DNA of 64,000 nt from Chrysomallon squamiferum (taxonomy: Eukaryota; Animalia; Mollusca), in the NCBI GenBank assembly GCA_012295275.1, contig CM022670.1, forward strand, positions 32,178,001 through 32,242,000, written 5' to 3'. The position numbers and the translations under genes were made by a program. Shown one piece after another: positions 28,433 to 42,600 of the stretch (positions within the stretch are counted from its first letter, which is position 1; each line of letters begins with the position of its first letter). The notes under the pieces were generated by a model. That model had not been told where the DNA came from. It searched no databases and was given only the letters and a program-made list of their open reading frames with translations.

Positions 28433-28605
28433 CTGAAAAAAAATGTATATTACAAGATTTGGAAACTTATTTTTTCGTAATAATTAAATAATGCAAACTA
28501 TATCCTACTAATACAGTTACTAATTTTTCTAATTTACTTTCAGAGTTTTGAGAAAGTAATACAAGTTTTTAGAAACAATTTAGAAGATGAAGATAAAATT
28601 CTGTA

Positions 28606-28639
<34 letters not shown>

Positions 28640-29064
28640 TGTTTGAACAAGTAATATATATTTCCATTTTATACTATGACTATATTTTCATTTTCAAATA
28701 AAATATTCCTCAGAAGACAGCTGATTATAAATATTCATTATTATCCTGTAACATTTACACTGTTGGCCAGTTCTCTGGAAACTTTGATCTTGTCTTTCAG
28801 ACTAGCCAGGTTTCTGGACAGTCTTGACTGTAGACGATAAGCCTGAGCAAGTTTCTGATCAGCATCTAGTTCAGCTGTTATGTTCTTCAGAAGTTCCATG
28901 TTGTCTCTTGCTTTATCAGCTGAAAATACACATTAATTATTTATAATAGAGACAGAGAGAGAGAGAAAGAGAGAAAGATAGAAAAACAGACAGAAAGATA
29001 ACAAAAGAATACATATATAAGCCATGAAATAAAATAGTGATATAACCAGCAAAAGTAAATTTGC

Positions 29065-29107
<43 letters not shown>

Positions 29108-29636
29108 CTTCTCAACCTTAGATAAAAAATACATCAGTTATAATATAGTGTGACTGGTATCTCATGTGAATTAAAAATATTCCACAAACAACATAATAAC
29201 TAATAAATAAATTCTGAAAAAGTCATGGCACCACCTGAATTAAAACACTCCATTGTCATTTTAATTATTGGTAAATTGTAAAAGACATTACTTGTGAGAA
29301 ATGTCACCTGAAATATCAAAGAAACACTGATTGAGATTACGCCATCATCATCTCATGATTATCTTCTCATGAAGAGTTGAATCAAATGTTCATCAAAGTT
29401 ATTTTAAGTTATCTATAATAGGTTGTGTTCATAATAATAGTCTACTTACTGGAATCTCTTATTTGGTACACCATGGAATCAAGATCAAACCGCTTGATGT
29501 CATCAATCTTGGACTCTAGGTTTTTCACTTTGTTTGTAATGTTACTGATGCCTGCTGCTACTTTGCCAGCTCTCTCTCCAGTCAAATACACTTCATTTAT
29601 TACTGTGTCAATTCTGTCACTCAGTTCTGCATGGAA

Positions 29637-29671
<35 letters not shown>

Positions 29672-29699
29672 GAAGAAGAAGAAGAAGAAGAAAATAATA

Positions 29700-29746
<47 letters not shown>

Positions 29747-30555
29747 TAATAATAAGAAGAACAACATTACTAATTTATTAAATTTAATAAATAATAAAAT
29801 TTACATTAAAAAAAAATAACATTATCTGAAAATCCCAAAAATCAAAAATGATAAATAAGAGAACCAAAATAAATAAATATATCTGAATGTGAACTTTGTA
29901 TTTACAAATAAATTTGTGCTGTACAAATTTCAAGTTGCTCAGTCCTGCTAAAACTGTAATAAGTTCTCTTTCACATTATGCTAAGTAAGAAAAATACAGA
30001 ACCCTTCATGAAAAATCCTTAACTTTTTATCATACTGAAAGTCTCAGAATCTTAGTCAAGAAAAATTGTGGATAATTACATTTTTAATTAAATCTGTTAC
30101 AAAAATAATTATTTAAAATGTTCTCACCTACTGGCAGACGATCCAAATCTGCATTAATCATATCCAGCATGATTCTGGAATTTTTATGTTGTTTTGTGAC
30201 ATTATTGAGATCTCCTTCCAGAAATATCAAATCAGCACTTAGACCTGCAAAAACAAAAAAACGTATTGTTATATTATTTCACAAATCATATATATATTGA
30301 GGATAGAAAGGTTTTGGTAGGTTAAATGTCTTGCTAAAATTACAAGTATATCAATATTACATGTAAAAATACACCTATCAGAAAATATTGTTTTAAATTC
30401 TAAATTATATTAAGATTCTTTTCAGATACTCAAATCATTATTTCTTAACAAATTAAACAATTCTTATGAAAACAAAAAATACCTTAATTAAATGTTTTAA
30501 AACAAAAACTACATTAGTGAGTACAGCATCATCTTATATAAACAGATATATTGTT

Positions 30556-30640
<85 letters not shown>

Positions 30641-33600
30641 TAGGTGTGTGTGTGTGTGTGTGTGTGTGTATGCACGTGTATGTGTATGTATTTTTATTAC
30701 ATAGTGTTATATGTTAATTTAATTTTTATTTTATTTTTGTTTTTTTACTTACCTGCAACACCTTTTTCCATTGTTTCATTTGCTTTACGCATCAGTTCTT
30801 TGCTTCGGGCAATTGAATCTGCGACATCATGTTTCAGAGTATCAATCATAGCCTGATGAAATTCAAAATGTAATATTTATTTCATACATTGTAACTGTCA
30901 AACCGTTCATACTCATCAAACAAGTAATACATCTTTGGAAGATTCATAAACTGCCAGTGCAAATTCAGTATACAGTATTTATTGTGTACATTCCAATTTA
31001 CAAATAGCTTATCCTCCATCAAACAATCATACATATGGTTGATGGATATCAAACTTTAGAAAAACATTATAATTATTATATAACAAATTATATTTGTGAA
31101 TTTTTTTTTTAATCAAGCACAGTACTCAAAAAAACAAAAACAATCACACACATACATACATGTTCATATAGACAAATAGAATTTTACACATGCATAATAT
31201 TTTTTCTATGAAAATTACTAATTTTGTCATTGATATCATGGCAATAAAATGATATCCATGCTGATTAATATTATCATTAAAAATAATTAAAAAAAATAAT
31301 CTGTAAAATTAATATTTCTAATGTAAAAAACAGCAAAGTTTTTTGCTTCTTTTTTTTTTAATACTGTAATAAAAACTTTATTATATGCTTAAACATTTAA
31401 AAAAAAAAATGAAATAAAGTAAATATTATAACTGAATTATTCACATACTATTTTGACTGAATCTTTTGATGATTTCAGAGCATTTTTTGCTGCTTTCTCT
31501 GCCTGATCTATGGCATCAACAATGTTCTGATAAACCTTTGCTGCCCTGATAGGAGCTTCAGCATCAGCACGCGACTGTGCAACCAGACTGAAAGAAGCAA
31601 ACAATCAGCAGGACTGGAATCTACTACTGTTTCAAGAAACACAAGTAAAAATAAACTGGTCTTGGTTTCTATACTGTAATAAATTTTTAATTAATTACAC
31701 ATACTTGAAAAATATAAAATTAATTAAATTATTAATTCTTCTTGTTTATTCACATGTAAACAAGATATTAGAAAAAAAACTAAAATTATCTTTGCTTTCT
31801 ATTATATAATGGTATTTTTACATTAACTACATGTTACTTTTTTTTGTTAATGCTTTTTTATTATTCTTTTTTTCTGTGTTTTTGTTGTTGTTTCGAAGTT
31901 CTATTATTAGTAATTTAGATAAATGTTTAGATAAATGTTTAGATACTTACCGGTCCAATTTCTGAGCAAATTTTTTCAGATCTTTAGCATGTTTCCAGGC
32001 TTGATCAGTGAGAGCTTTAGCTCTTGGCAGTTTTCTTTTCATGTTGTTAAATATTGTCATCAGTCTGTCAGTGACCAGTTCAAGGGTTGAATGTTCTCGT
32101 TCAATTGTCTGAAAAGAAATCTTGCTTCATTACTTGGGTTATTAATTACTTAAGAATGAAAAAAGTATTTTTTATAAAACTTCATTAATTAACAGTAATG
32201 TAAATTAATGTTTTAAATCTCAAATCTAGATAATCCAAGTTAAAAAAAAAAGGATGGTTGAAAATAGCTTAGTAATAATGTTCATCATAAAACATAAAAA
32301 CTATTTTTAACAATTAAATATCTAGACAATATGTGTATAGTAAACAGTTATTACAAAGATATTTTCAAGCAGTCTGTCAAGCAGATCTCTTGCTTCTGAT
32401 ACGTAATATCTTCCATCTTTCAACAGCCCAACTGTGTCCTCCTTGACCAGACCAATGTCTTCCAATAAATCCTTAAAATAATAAAACAGTAAATAAAATA
32501 CCAGTTATTAGTATTTGTTATAAAAGGAAAATAATGAACTTACTACTTCAGCTTAACTAAAAAGTATATTAATTACTCAAGCTGGTACCTATTCATGAGT
32601 TAACCAGTTTGAGATAAATCCAGTTTTGAGGTACCACATTTGTAAATTTATCCATAAGCACACATCTGTATAAAGCCAGGACTATCCAGTGTCTAAACTC
32701 AAGCCAGGACTATCCAGTGTCTAAACTCAAGCCAGGACTATCCAGTGTCTAAACTCAAGCCAGGACTATCCAGTGTCTAAACTCAAGCCAGGACTATCCA
32801 GTGTCTAAACTCAAGCCAGGACTATCCAGTGTCTAAACTCACATATCAGAGCTGCTACAGTAGATTTTCAAAAAACCTAATAATCCACAACTCAAGATGA
32901 CTATCTAATTATCTGGCTGGACTAATGCTACAAGACAGGTATATATAGAAAAACTTATGGAATGGATGATAAATAAAATGTGTCTATGAAAAATGAAACA
33001 TTATATCTTACTTCCAATCTTGCCAATTTTTCACCAGTCTTGAAGGCATCTTCTATTATTTGTTCCAGTGATTTTTTAACACCTTTTGCTATGTTGTTCA
33101 AGTCTCTAAGTCTTTCCAATGTGTCGTTTAACTTTGCAGCTACAATACTGGTGTTCAGGTTACGTAAACCAGTCCTTTCAATTCTCTCTGATAATTTTTC
33201 AGCCAATCTAGATTTATTTTAAAAAGAGAAGAAAAAAAAAAGAAATTAATTTAATTGTTTAAAATCTAAAGCCTGACTTTTAATAATTGAAAAAAGTTCA
33301 ATAAAAACTTAAAGAGTCGATTTCCAAAATACATACAAAAATATTTTAAACAGGGTAAATTCAAAAAGATAACTAATTAAATCTAGTGAAAGATATTTTA
33401 AGTCAAATAATATTAATGTAGTTTAATAATATCATAGGTTACAGAAAATATATTATCATACTGTTATTTCAAAATAAAACTCTTTCTTCTCTTTTTCAAA
33501 ATTGCACCTGTTTTCATTATAAGCAGCTGCATCTGCATCAGTGAAATCTCTTCCCAGAATTTCCTTAAGTATTTCCTCTGCTTCTCTGAATGATGTGGCA

Positions 33601-36600
33601 TTTATGTGAGACTGGTTGTACAATAAATTAGAAGCTAATTCACCAAGCTTTCTGTTATCATCTGAAAATAATTAATAACTATGAATATTTATACTTTTAC
33701 AATAAATTTTGAAATACATATATGGCAATGGAAGTTATTTTCAATATTAAATTTTAAAACAATTTGCTATCTTTAAAAAATCTGAATATACATAGGAAGT
33801 AATTTTTTTACTATTTTGCAAAACAAAAATATAATAATGCCTATAAGAATTTTTTTTTTTTTTTATAAATTAATAAAATTTATCTAAAAACCCTAAAAAC
33901 AACCTAAGAACACAACTTAGCAAAAAGGTAAATAAATATAAACTTATTTTTAATATGACATTTCAAACTGATACAGGTTTAATGAAAAGTAAGCATCAAT
34001 TGATTTAAAAATGTACATCTTACTCTTTAATAAAATTATTTTTAATATAAAGATTTTTTAATATAATTAATTTTATTTTGAAAAATTAGATAAATAATAT
34101 TATCTTACTCATTAGTGAATTTCACATTCAAATTGATTTAATAAAAAATATTTTTATTTTATTCTTTATTAAAGCAAAATTTCATACCAATATTGGTTTA
34201 ATAAAAAATAAACTTCAATAAATATTTAAAAAAAAAATAGTTTTTACTGTTTACAATAACTAATGTAACTGATTTAACAAAAAGTTAATTGTAATAATAT
34301 TAATTCTCGATACCAACCTTTTATTTCTGCAAAAAGTCTCAGAATTTCATCTTCCAAATCTGTGGCATTCTTTTTTTGGACTGCTGCTTTTTTACCAACC
34401 ACTTGTATATCCTTGTTTATTTCTTCTGACTAAAATTAATTACAGTCAAAAATATAATATACAAATATTAAATATATTTTAAAACTTCAGTGTAGCTGCA
34501 TTAAACGCCAATTAACAAAATAATTCTCCTTCTTTAAAAACCAAACATTAAAATTAAAAATATTTGTAGATTATTTATAGATTATTTAGAATAAATGGGT
34601 TTATTTTTTTCTCAAACATTTTTGTGAATTATCAACTCTACACATAATTAATTCTTAATATTAACAACATCAAATACAATAGAAGATAAAATATGTATAT
34701 TGTTTACTAAATTTTAAGCTTGACTAAAATAAATATTTTTTAAATTTAAATAATTTCAATATTCAAAATTAATAATTAATTGTTTTTTCATAAAAGATTA
34801 ATAAAATTTCCCATTCAGATTCAATTATTGTAAAATTACTCCAGATATTTTTATCTTGAAAATAATATGAACTGTTTTAGAAACTGGCTGAATTCATCAC
34901 TGTTAATTAACTAATTAACATTATGAATTACGTTTATGAAACAGAGCAGTTACAGTTTATCAAAAATATAATAATTCTTTATTAAACTTTGTAACTTACT
35001 CTTTTGATTAATCTTTCTGCCACTTCTTGTAAGAAGAAAGTGTTGTTCTGGAAGCTTTCTAGTTGTGTTCCATGAATGCCTTTAGAAGCATTCATCCTTT
35101 CCTGAAATAATATTTATTATTTGTCTTTAGAAATAAAGTGAACTACTTTCAAGACAGTTCAGTAAATGATTTCACACCAATAATGTAAAAAAATAATAAT
35201 AATAAAAACAAAAGATCATTTTATTCCAGAAACTAAATATTGAAAAGTTAATCAATAACAGTAATAAACATAGAAATTTTACTTATAACTAATGAAAGTT
35301 AAGATTATGTCTCTATAACAGCAGATCCTAACAATTCACTTTATTACATATAAAATTTAGAAAAGCAACTTTGATATAATAACTTCATACTAGACTAGTG
35401 ACTTCAAAGCAGTAAAAGTTTTAAAAACTTCTTCATTAACAAAAAATAATTAAGAAAATTAATTTCACAAGAATATTAATATTTTAAAAAATAATTTCAT
35501 AAAAATAATAAAATTGTTAGACAAAAAACATTCAGAAAATGGCATATTTTACCCATAATTCAATGGTCTGGTTGTTTAAAGCTTTCAGATGTCCCCATGG
35601 CAATGGAGCTGTAACTGTGATAGTACTTATAGTTGTGTTCAGTTTGCTCAAGTCTTCCAGGAGAATGCCAGTGCAACCATCATAGCATGCTAAACAAATT
35701 TAAAAAATGAAATTTTATTTTACATTTTATGTTTTTAAAACTTATTTTAAGTTCATGTGCTTAATTTTCTCTGAAACTCAAAATGATAAAAATAAAAGCT
35801 AAAAATAAGCATTTGTTTTTATTTTTATACATATATTTTTTATTTTTGAATTTTAGAAGAAATATCACCTTAATATTAACATTAACAACACAAATAAGAT
35901 AATATATTCTAACATTTCAATTAAAAACTATAATATCTATGTTTACAGAAAAGCAAATTTTATGTATTTTTAGTGGAATATACCAGTACATAATAAGTCC
36001 ATAATATAAAAATAGTCTTTAAATATACAACAAAAAACATCAACTTACTTTAATGAAACTTTTAGTTAAACAAAACCCAAAACAAATCATAATTCAAAAT
36101 AAACAAAACCTTGATAGTAAGAAGCAGAAGTGGGTACTAATACTGATTCCAGAAACAAATGGTGGATGCTAATAAAGGATTAAAAAAATGTCTATGCAAT
36201 ACTGATTCAAGAGATAAAAAAAAAAGGACCAAAAAGCAAAATGGACATGCAAAATTAAATCAAGGTTCCCCAAGGAAAACTGTAGATATTTTATGAATTC
36301 ACTAGATATAAGGAATGACCATGAAAGCTTCAATATCACAGCTAAGGTAAATGAAAATTAACTGGGAAAAGATAAGTTTAATCCTAAATTAATTAAATTA
36401 AAAATATTAAGATATTAATCAGATTAAAAAAAGGCAGAAATATAATTTGAAAACTTCAGAAAAAAAAACACCAGAGTATTTGCAAAACTCTCTCACACAC
36501 ACACAATAAGATTTTTTATTTATTTTTAATTAAATAAAAAGAGAGAAGAAAAACAATTAAATGGGTAAAAACATGCTTCAAATGAAAAGTAGTGGTAAAA

Positions 36601-39600
36601 AAAATATTCATAATTCAATTTACAAAAAGGGATTTTACAAGATATGAACATTTTACAAACCATTAAATCCTCATGTATGTATCACTACATTTTCAGATTG
36701 CATAAATAAAATTTAAAAAATATATCTCCATTATTATTCATAAACATTAAACATATATAAATATTAATACCATTAAGTCAAAACAACACATTATATATGT
36801 TTTCAATTTGTAGATAGTACTTAAATTATTTTTAAAATTTTAATCATAGAAATATATTTGTAAAAACATATTGAAGATATATACATTTTATATATTTCTG
36901 TCCAAATTGGCAATATTCCTGACAGAATGAAAGAGATTCTGAAATTAATTATTCCTTGCTTATTTCTGGGTTTTTTTTAGGGAGGTTAATAATCATTAAC
37001 AAAATAATTTGTGAGTTAATTTTTGTTATGTATATCTGTTACTCTAAATCAAGTTTGTGATCAAATTTTAATTGCTAAAAATGTAAAAGATGAATTCCAC
37101 ACGAAAGACAAATGTGAAAATCATTTCTTTTTTCATCATTATTATTTGTTTACTTATACATATATTTATTTACTTTATCATCACTGTCATTATTATCGAT
37201 ATAAATTCAAAAAACATTTCACTCTTAAAATAGGTTCACTGAGAATGGAAGTATTTGACTACAAGATGCAACATACAAATGCAGGAGCCATTCATGACAG
37301 CATATCCAGGTTGGCAGGCATCACACTTAAATCCTTCAATACCAGGCAGACAGTCACACTGTCCTGTGTGCACATCACACACTGTGCTTGTTGAACCCTC
37401 CTTGTCACAGTTGCAGGGTTTACACTTGTTCCCCAGCTCCAGGGGATTTCCCCAATATCCTGGGGCACACCTAGTGAAAAAAATAATTGTTTGTGTACAT
37501 GTATCAATAATATAGATTTGCATTCATTGACTTACATGTATGTAGATATAAAATGCATCATTATCCAACTCGAGGATCCACATATATATAAAATTTATTT
37601 TAAAAATATGATTGTAACAATCTTTTCATTTTGACATATGTTTACTCACAGAAAAATATATTAATACAGATAGACAGTCCACTATATTTGCTTTTAGATA
37701 ATTACTGTGTGAAACTAACCCAATAACCTGGGCACACCATAACAAGTATAACATATATATATAACATTCTGAGTAATCTTCCATTTTAAATTTCGTATAG
37801 CATAATTTGGATATAAGAACACATATAAATATTTGTAGCTCAACATTTATGTACAGGTCATAAGAAATAAATACAATGATGTCTTAACAAATGATAAAAC
37901 ATAACAATAAAAACTATACAAATGGGTTTCATTTTTTAAACACATATGATAAACAAACTTAATGAAATACAAAACAATTAGAAATGTGTAAGTTCAAAAT
38001 ATCCTGAAGATATTGTTCTATCGTACCTCTCACATCTTCGGCCTGTGTAACCTTCAGAGCAGTTGGTACAAACCAGGACACCTTGCATGTCCACACACGT
38101 CGGGCTAAAACTAATTTCAAGACAGAAAACATAAACAACAAATACTAAAGATCAAAATGCTAAATAATAATTAGATTTACCTACAGATAATTAAATTATA
38201 TTCACAAGATTGTAAAAGTAATTTAATTTAATTGTTTTTCAAAACTGCAAAGAAAAACTATCAAATTTTTATATTGGGTATTCTCAACTAACTTCTCAAT
38301 ATCACATCTTACATGCCTAGTCAAGGTTCTATATTATTAAATTAAAATTGCTTTTAGCAGTTATTTTTTCAAAAGCTAAAAAGCTAATAAATGAATTTAA
38401 TGCACATTGTAAAACTTGTATCAGTGTATGTATTAGAGTATTTAGAGCATGCAAGGTAATACGTACCTGTTAGATCGTTCAGTTCTGGGACACTGGCAAA
38501 GTGCACAGTCCCAGGGAGAGCCTCGGGTGGCCTGCCCATAGTAGCCAGGTAGACACTCATCACAGTGGGCACCTGTCGTGTTGTGTTGACAGTTCTGTAA
38601 CAAATCAAAATTGAACAACATTAAAAGACAACTGATGTACCTGAATGGTATATTGTAGGAAATTTTATCATAAATTTTAGTATAATTTTGAAACAAATCT
38701 TCTGCAGATATTAAAAATTCATAATATGTAAACAGTAAATAATGTTTTTTGTTTTTTATCTTCAATTTAATTTAATTTATTTGATTTTTTATTATTTTTT
38801 GTTTTTGTTTAGATGATGTTGTTTCTTGCTCCCAGTAAACATATAAGAAAAGCATAACAAAAAATTAATAAATTATCCTTTAAACCAGTGAATTCTAAAT
38901 AATGCATTTTCTGAAATAAGTATTTTAAATGAAATTATATAAAAAAAATTAAAAATTTGTTTTTCCACTCAGTAAATAATATATTAAAAGAGTTTATAAT
39001 AAATAAATATTAAAAATTTAAAGAAATCTCACCAGACAGATGCCAGTTTCTGGGTCACACTTGCTGGAATGTGAGTGACACTGACAGGGCTGAACAGTCC
39101 CTATAGCTATTTCTGGTGATGAAACATTAACTGTGATAGTAATTGTTACTCTGTGCTGTCCTGGAGCAGGATTCTAGAATTTAAATTTAAAAAAAGCAAC
39201 AATTATTTAAACTGCAAATAAAACACAAATAAAAGATTAACAACTCTTAAAAATTTGAATTATTTGAAGAATTTGTGCACTAATATACTGTTAACTATTT
39301 TATTTCACTTTATTCACCTGACAAGACAGTCCAGTGTAGAGTGATGGACATTCACACTGCTCAATTCCCATGGCAACATCACCTGTGTCTTTTGAAGACA
39401 ATGGTTCAGCTACTTGAAGACTTATTGGACCTAATCTGAAAGAAATAAACTTTATTTATATAGAACAAGCAATACTGCTGAAGAAAACTATGTATCTCAA
39501 AAAAATTGTACTATTAATCTTTGTTTTATTTGTAATTTTGAAAAATTATAATTATAGAGAATAACAAATAATAGAGCAGTTAATTATATTTTGAAGATAT

Positions 39601-42600
39601 AACCTGAGTTACTCTACTTAGCTAATATAAGTAGACTGATTACTAATTTTATTAATGGACACTGTACACTGGCATTACAGTACTGATTAATAACCAGTCT
39701 AAAATATCAAAGACAACTTAAATATGCCCATGAAATTAATATATAGTGAAAATAATGTATTTTATACAACTGATATTTAAAATTAAAGAAATATTGCCAA
39801 ATAAGTGTCTGGGATGCATTCAGATTCAGATTCATCATGGATTTATATGGAAATAATAAAGCCAAACTTTACCAGTAACTAATTAGAAAAATAATTTAAA
39901 GTAGAGAAACATAATAAGCTGAAGTTTGAAAGAGTGACAGCTAAAAACATACTCTGCATAAGTAGCATGTCCTGTGTCTGTGGCTCGGATTAGCACAGCC
40001 TGGACGTTCTGTAAAACCACCATCATCAGAGCTCGGCTTACAGGAGTCGACGAACCAGGAATTGTCCAAAAATTCTGAAATTGTAAAACTCTAAATTATA
40101 CATTTTTCTATAATTGCTTTTCTTTATTTTATATATATATATATACTTATAGACACATACTACACTTTTGTGTCTTTGTATCAGTAATATAAAAATAAAA
40201 AATTATCAAAATTAGATTAAGCTTTCATTAATAAAAATCTTATATTTGTCCTAACTTTTACTACATATAATTACACTTACCTCATGCAGTCTAAGATATA
40301 TTGCTTGAGGGTGTCTGAATTTAAGGCTAATGTTGTAGCCATGAGCAATGGTAAAACCATTTCCAGTTAGCAGCAGCAATGGAAAGCTGTCAGACAGAGG
40401 TTGGAGATCTGGAGTTTCAAAGTAATGTAAGAAGTCCAGTCGGCCATTGTAGGAAAGAGTCTGCAGCAGAAGAAAATTAAAAACAATAATAATTAATAAG
40501 TAAAATAACTATTTAAAAAAAAATGAAGTACAATATGCAAGTGCAAATTATAAAATTCTTATCTATTATTTTGAAACTTAATTCATGTTTGTGTATAGAA
40601 GCCCCACCTCTCTGTCTCTGTCTGTCTGTCTGTCTCTTTCACTCATACATGCACACTGACATTCACAGTCATATATACAGACACTTCAGTTTCATATTAC
40701 GTTGTATGACTTGATTAATAACTATCAGTATGTTATTTTTACTTCATATGAAACCAGAAATTATTCAAATCAAAAGTTTAAAACAAAACAACAACAAAAA
40801 TAATAAAAATAAATAAATACAAATAAAATAAATAAAAGAGAAACATAAAATTTAAAATATGATTACCATGTCACCATGTATAGTATTTGACAAATCCCAG
40901 TAGACTGGGTTGTTAGGGGCAACCACTGAAACTCTTCTTGCACCTTCAGGTATCACCTGGAAGTTATTTTTGTAGATGACAGAAGTTCTGGCACCAGGCC
41001 CAATAACTACTCTTTGAACTGGAATGGATACCTGCAAGAAAAATAAAACAATCAAAAAGCCTTGCTGATAAGAATCAATTAAGAACAATTAAAAAAAGAT
41101 TTGATGAAATACATAATGAAATATATTTGTAAGAAAAACAAATCAAACAATTAGAAATCATAATTAAAAACAAACCTCAACAATAAAATATAGAATATAA
41201 ATTTTTATAAAATGATTTTCTTATTAACATAATGATTAAATTTAAAAATCAATCAATCAATCAATAAATAAACAAAATTATTACATAATAACATACCGTA
41301 TTCCATATATAAGGAGCTTGAATGCATTTTCTTGATCGTCGGAAACAGTAACATTCTGTACATCCTTTTGGGTTTTCAGGATCCAGACTAAATGTGTTCC
41401 TTTTGCATTCAGAACATGAAGGGCCTCTTACATTCTCCTAAAAACCATTGAAATTTTTGTTTTTTAATTAGTGTTTAATATTACTTATGAATCAAATTAA
41501 AATGAGTTAAGTCCTGATCAACATTTCTGGAAAATGAAAGTTTCATATAATGTCTAATATTAAATATTTTACTGCAGTTCTGAAAGAACATGATCAAAAC
41601 AAATTTTTAATACAATATCTTTGGCAATATATGACATATGTGTTTGTATACACATTTTTAAAAAAAAAGATGGAAAAAATCATCTTTATTTGTAAAATGT
41701 ATTTTTTTTTAACAAATATTTATTTTAAAAAAAAAACATTTGGTAATGATATATTTATAATATATTTCTTATTACAAAAATTTTTTTTTTTTTTTTTTTT
41801 TTTTTAATTTCTTTTTGAAGGTAGGCATAATACTGCAAAATAGTTTTATTACAGGTACCAAAAAAATCTAATTTTTTAATACTTGTTTGAATGTGAATGG
41901 TGTTTTCAAAATTCAGATATATTTTTGAAAGAAAACAAATTCATGTACATTGATGTTTGGAAGAATTCATTATATTAAATATCATTAACAAAATGCAAAA
42001 AAAAAATTAAAAAATTTCTGTAAATTAAACACAAGCACATTTTCATGCTTAATACTGCATTACTAGCATGCAAGAAAAACAGTAATCTGACATTTCATGC
42101 ATATATTCAAACAACTGGATGGATAGTAAATTTAATTTATTCCTAAGCCAAAAATACAAATGCATTTCCACATGCCCAAAATATGTATGTTAGTAAATTT
42201 TTTTATTTTTAATGTTAGGAAACCAAGAATTTTAGAAGCCTAGAAGCTTAATTAAATTTTTATACACTTAAAATTATGCCAGTTTTCATAAATCATATAA
42301 TGCCAGTTAATATCATACAATATCACAGTTGAAAATTAGTACAACATGAAAGTGCATATCTGAATTAGTAAACATAAAATTAGTTTTTTTCTTTTTCTTT
42401 TTTCAAAAAAGCACTTAAATATAAAATAGGATTTCCTTGTTTATATATATCTAGCTGCAAAGCAGTTTTAACAAGGAAATTTAATATTTTAAGGCAATGA
42501 GACACGGTTAGTATCACAAGTTAATTTTTGCACATGTAACATAAAAACAGGCAGTCTGTTATTACAGGAAACCAAGAAAATATCAAACTTATTTTCATTT

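Noticed and set aside
29292-29307. 16-nt segment flanked by tttcAG and GTAATG in a coiled-coil intron
   Set aside because: The flanking exons already join in frame (phase 1) and 16 nt would shift the frame. It could only be a poison exon, and nothing supports that.
32673-32840. 28-bp direct repeats resembling a CRISPR array
   Set aside because: There are no spacers between copies, no cas genes, and the array sits in a eukaryotic intron; it is a minisatellite.
37023-37515. Plus-strand ORFs overlapping exons (also 43015-43251, 50053-50326, 5694-6044) suggesting antisense or nested genes
   Set aside because: They are shadows of GC-richer coding exons on the opposite strand, with no coherent plus-strand splice structure or recognisable product.
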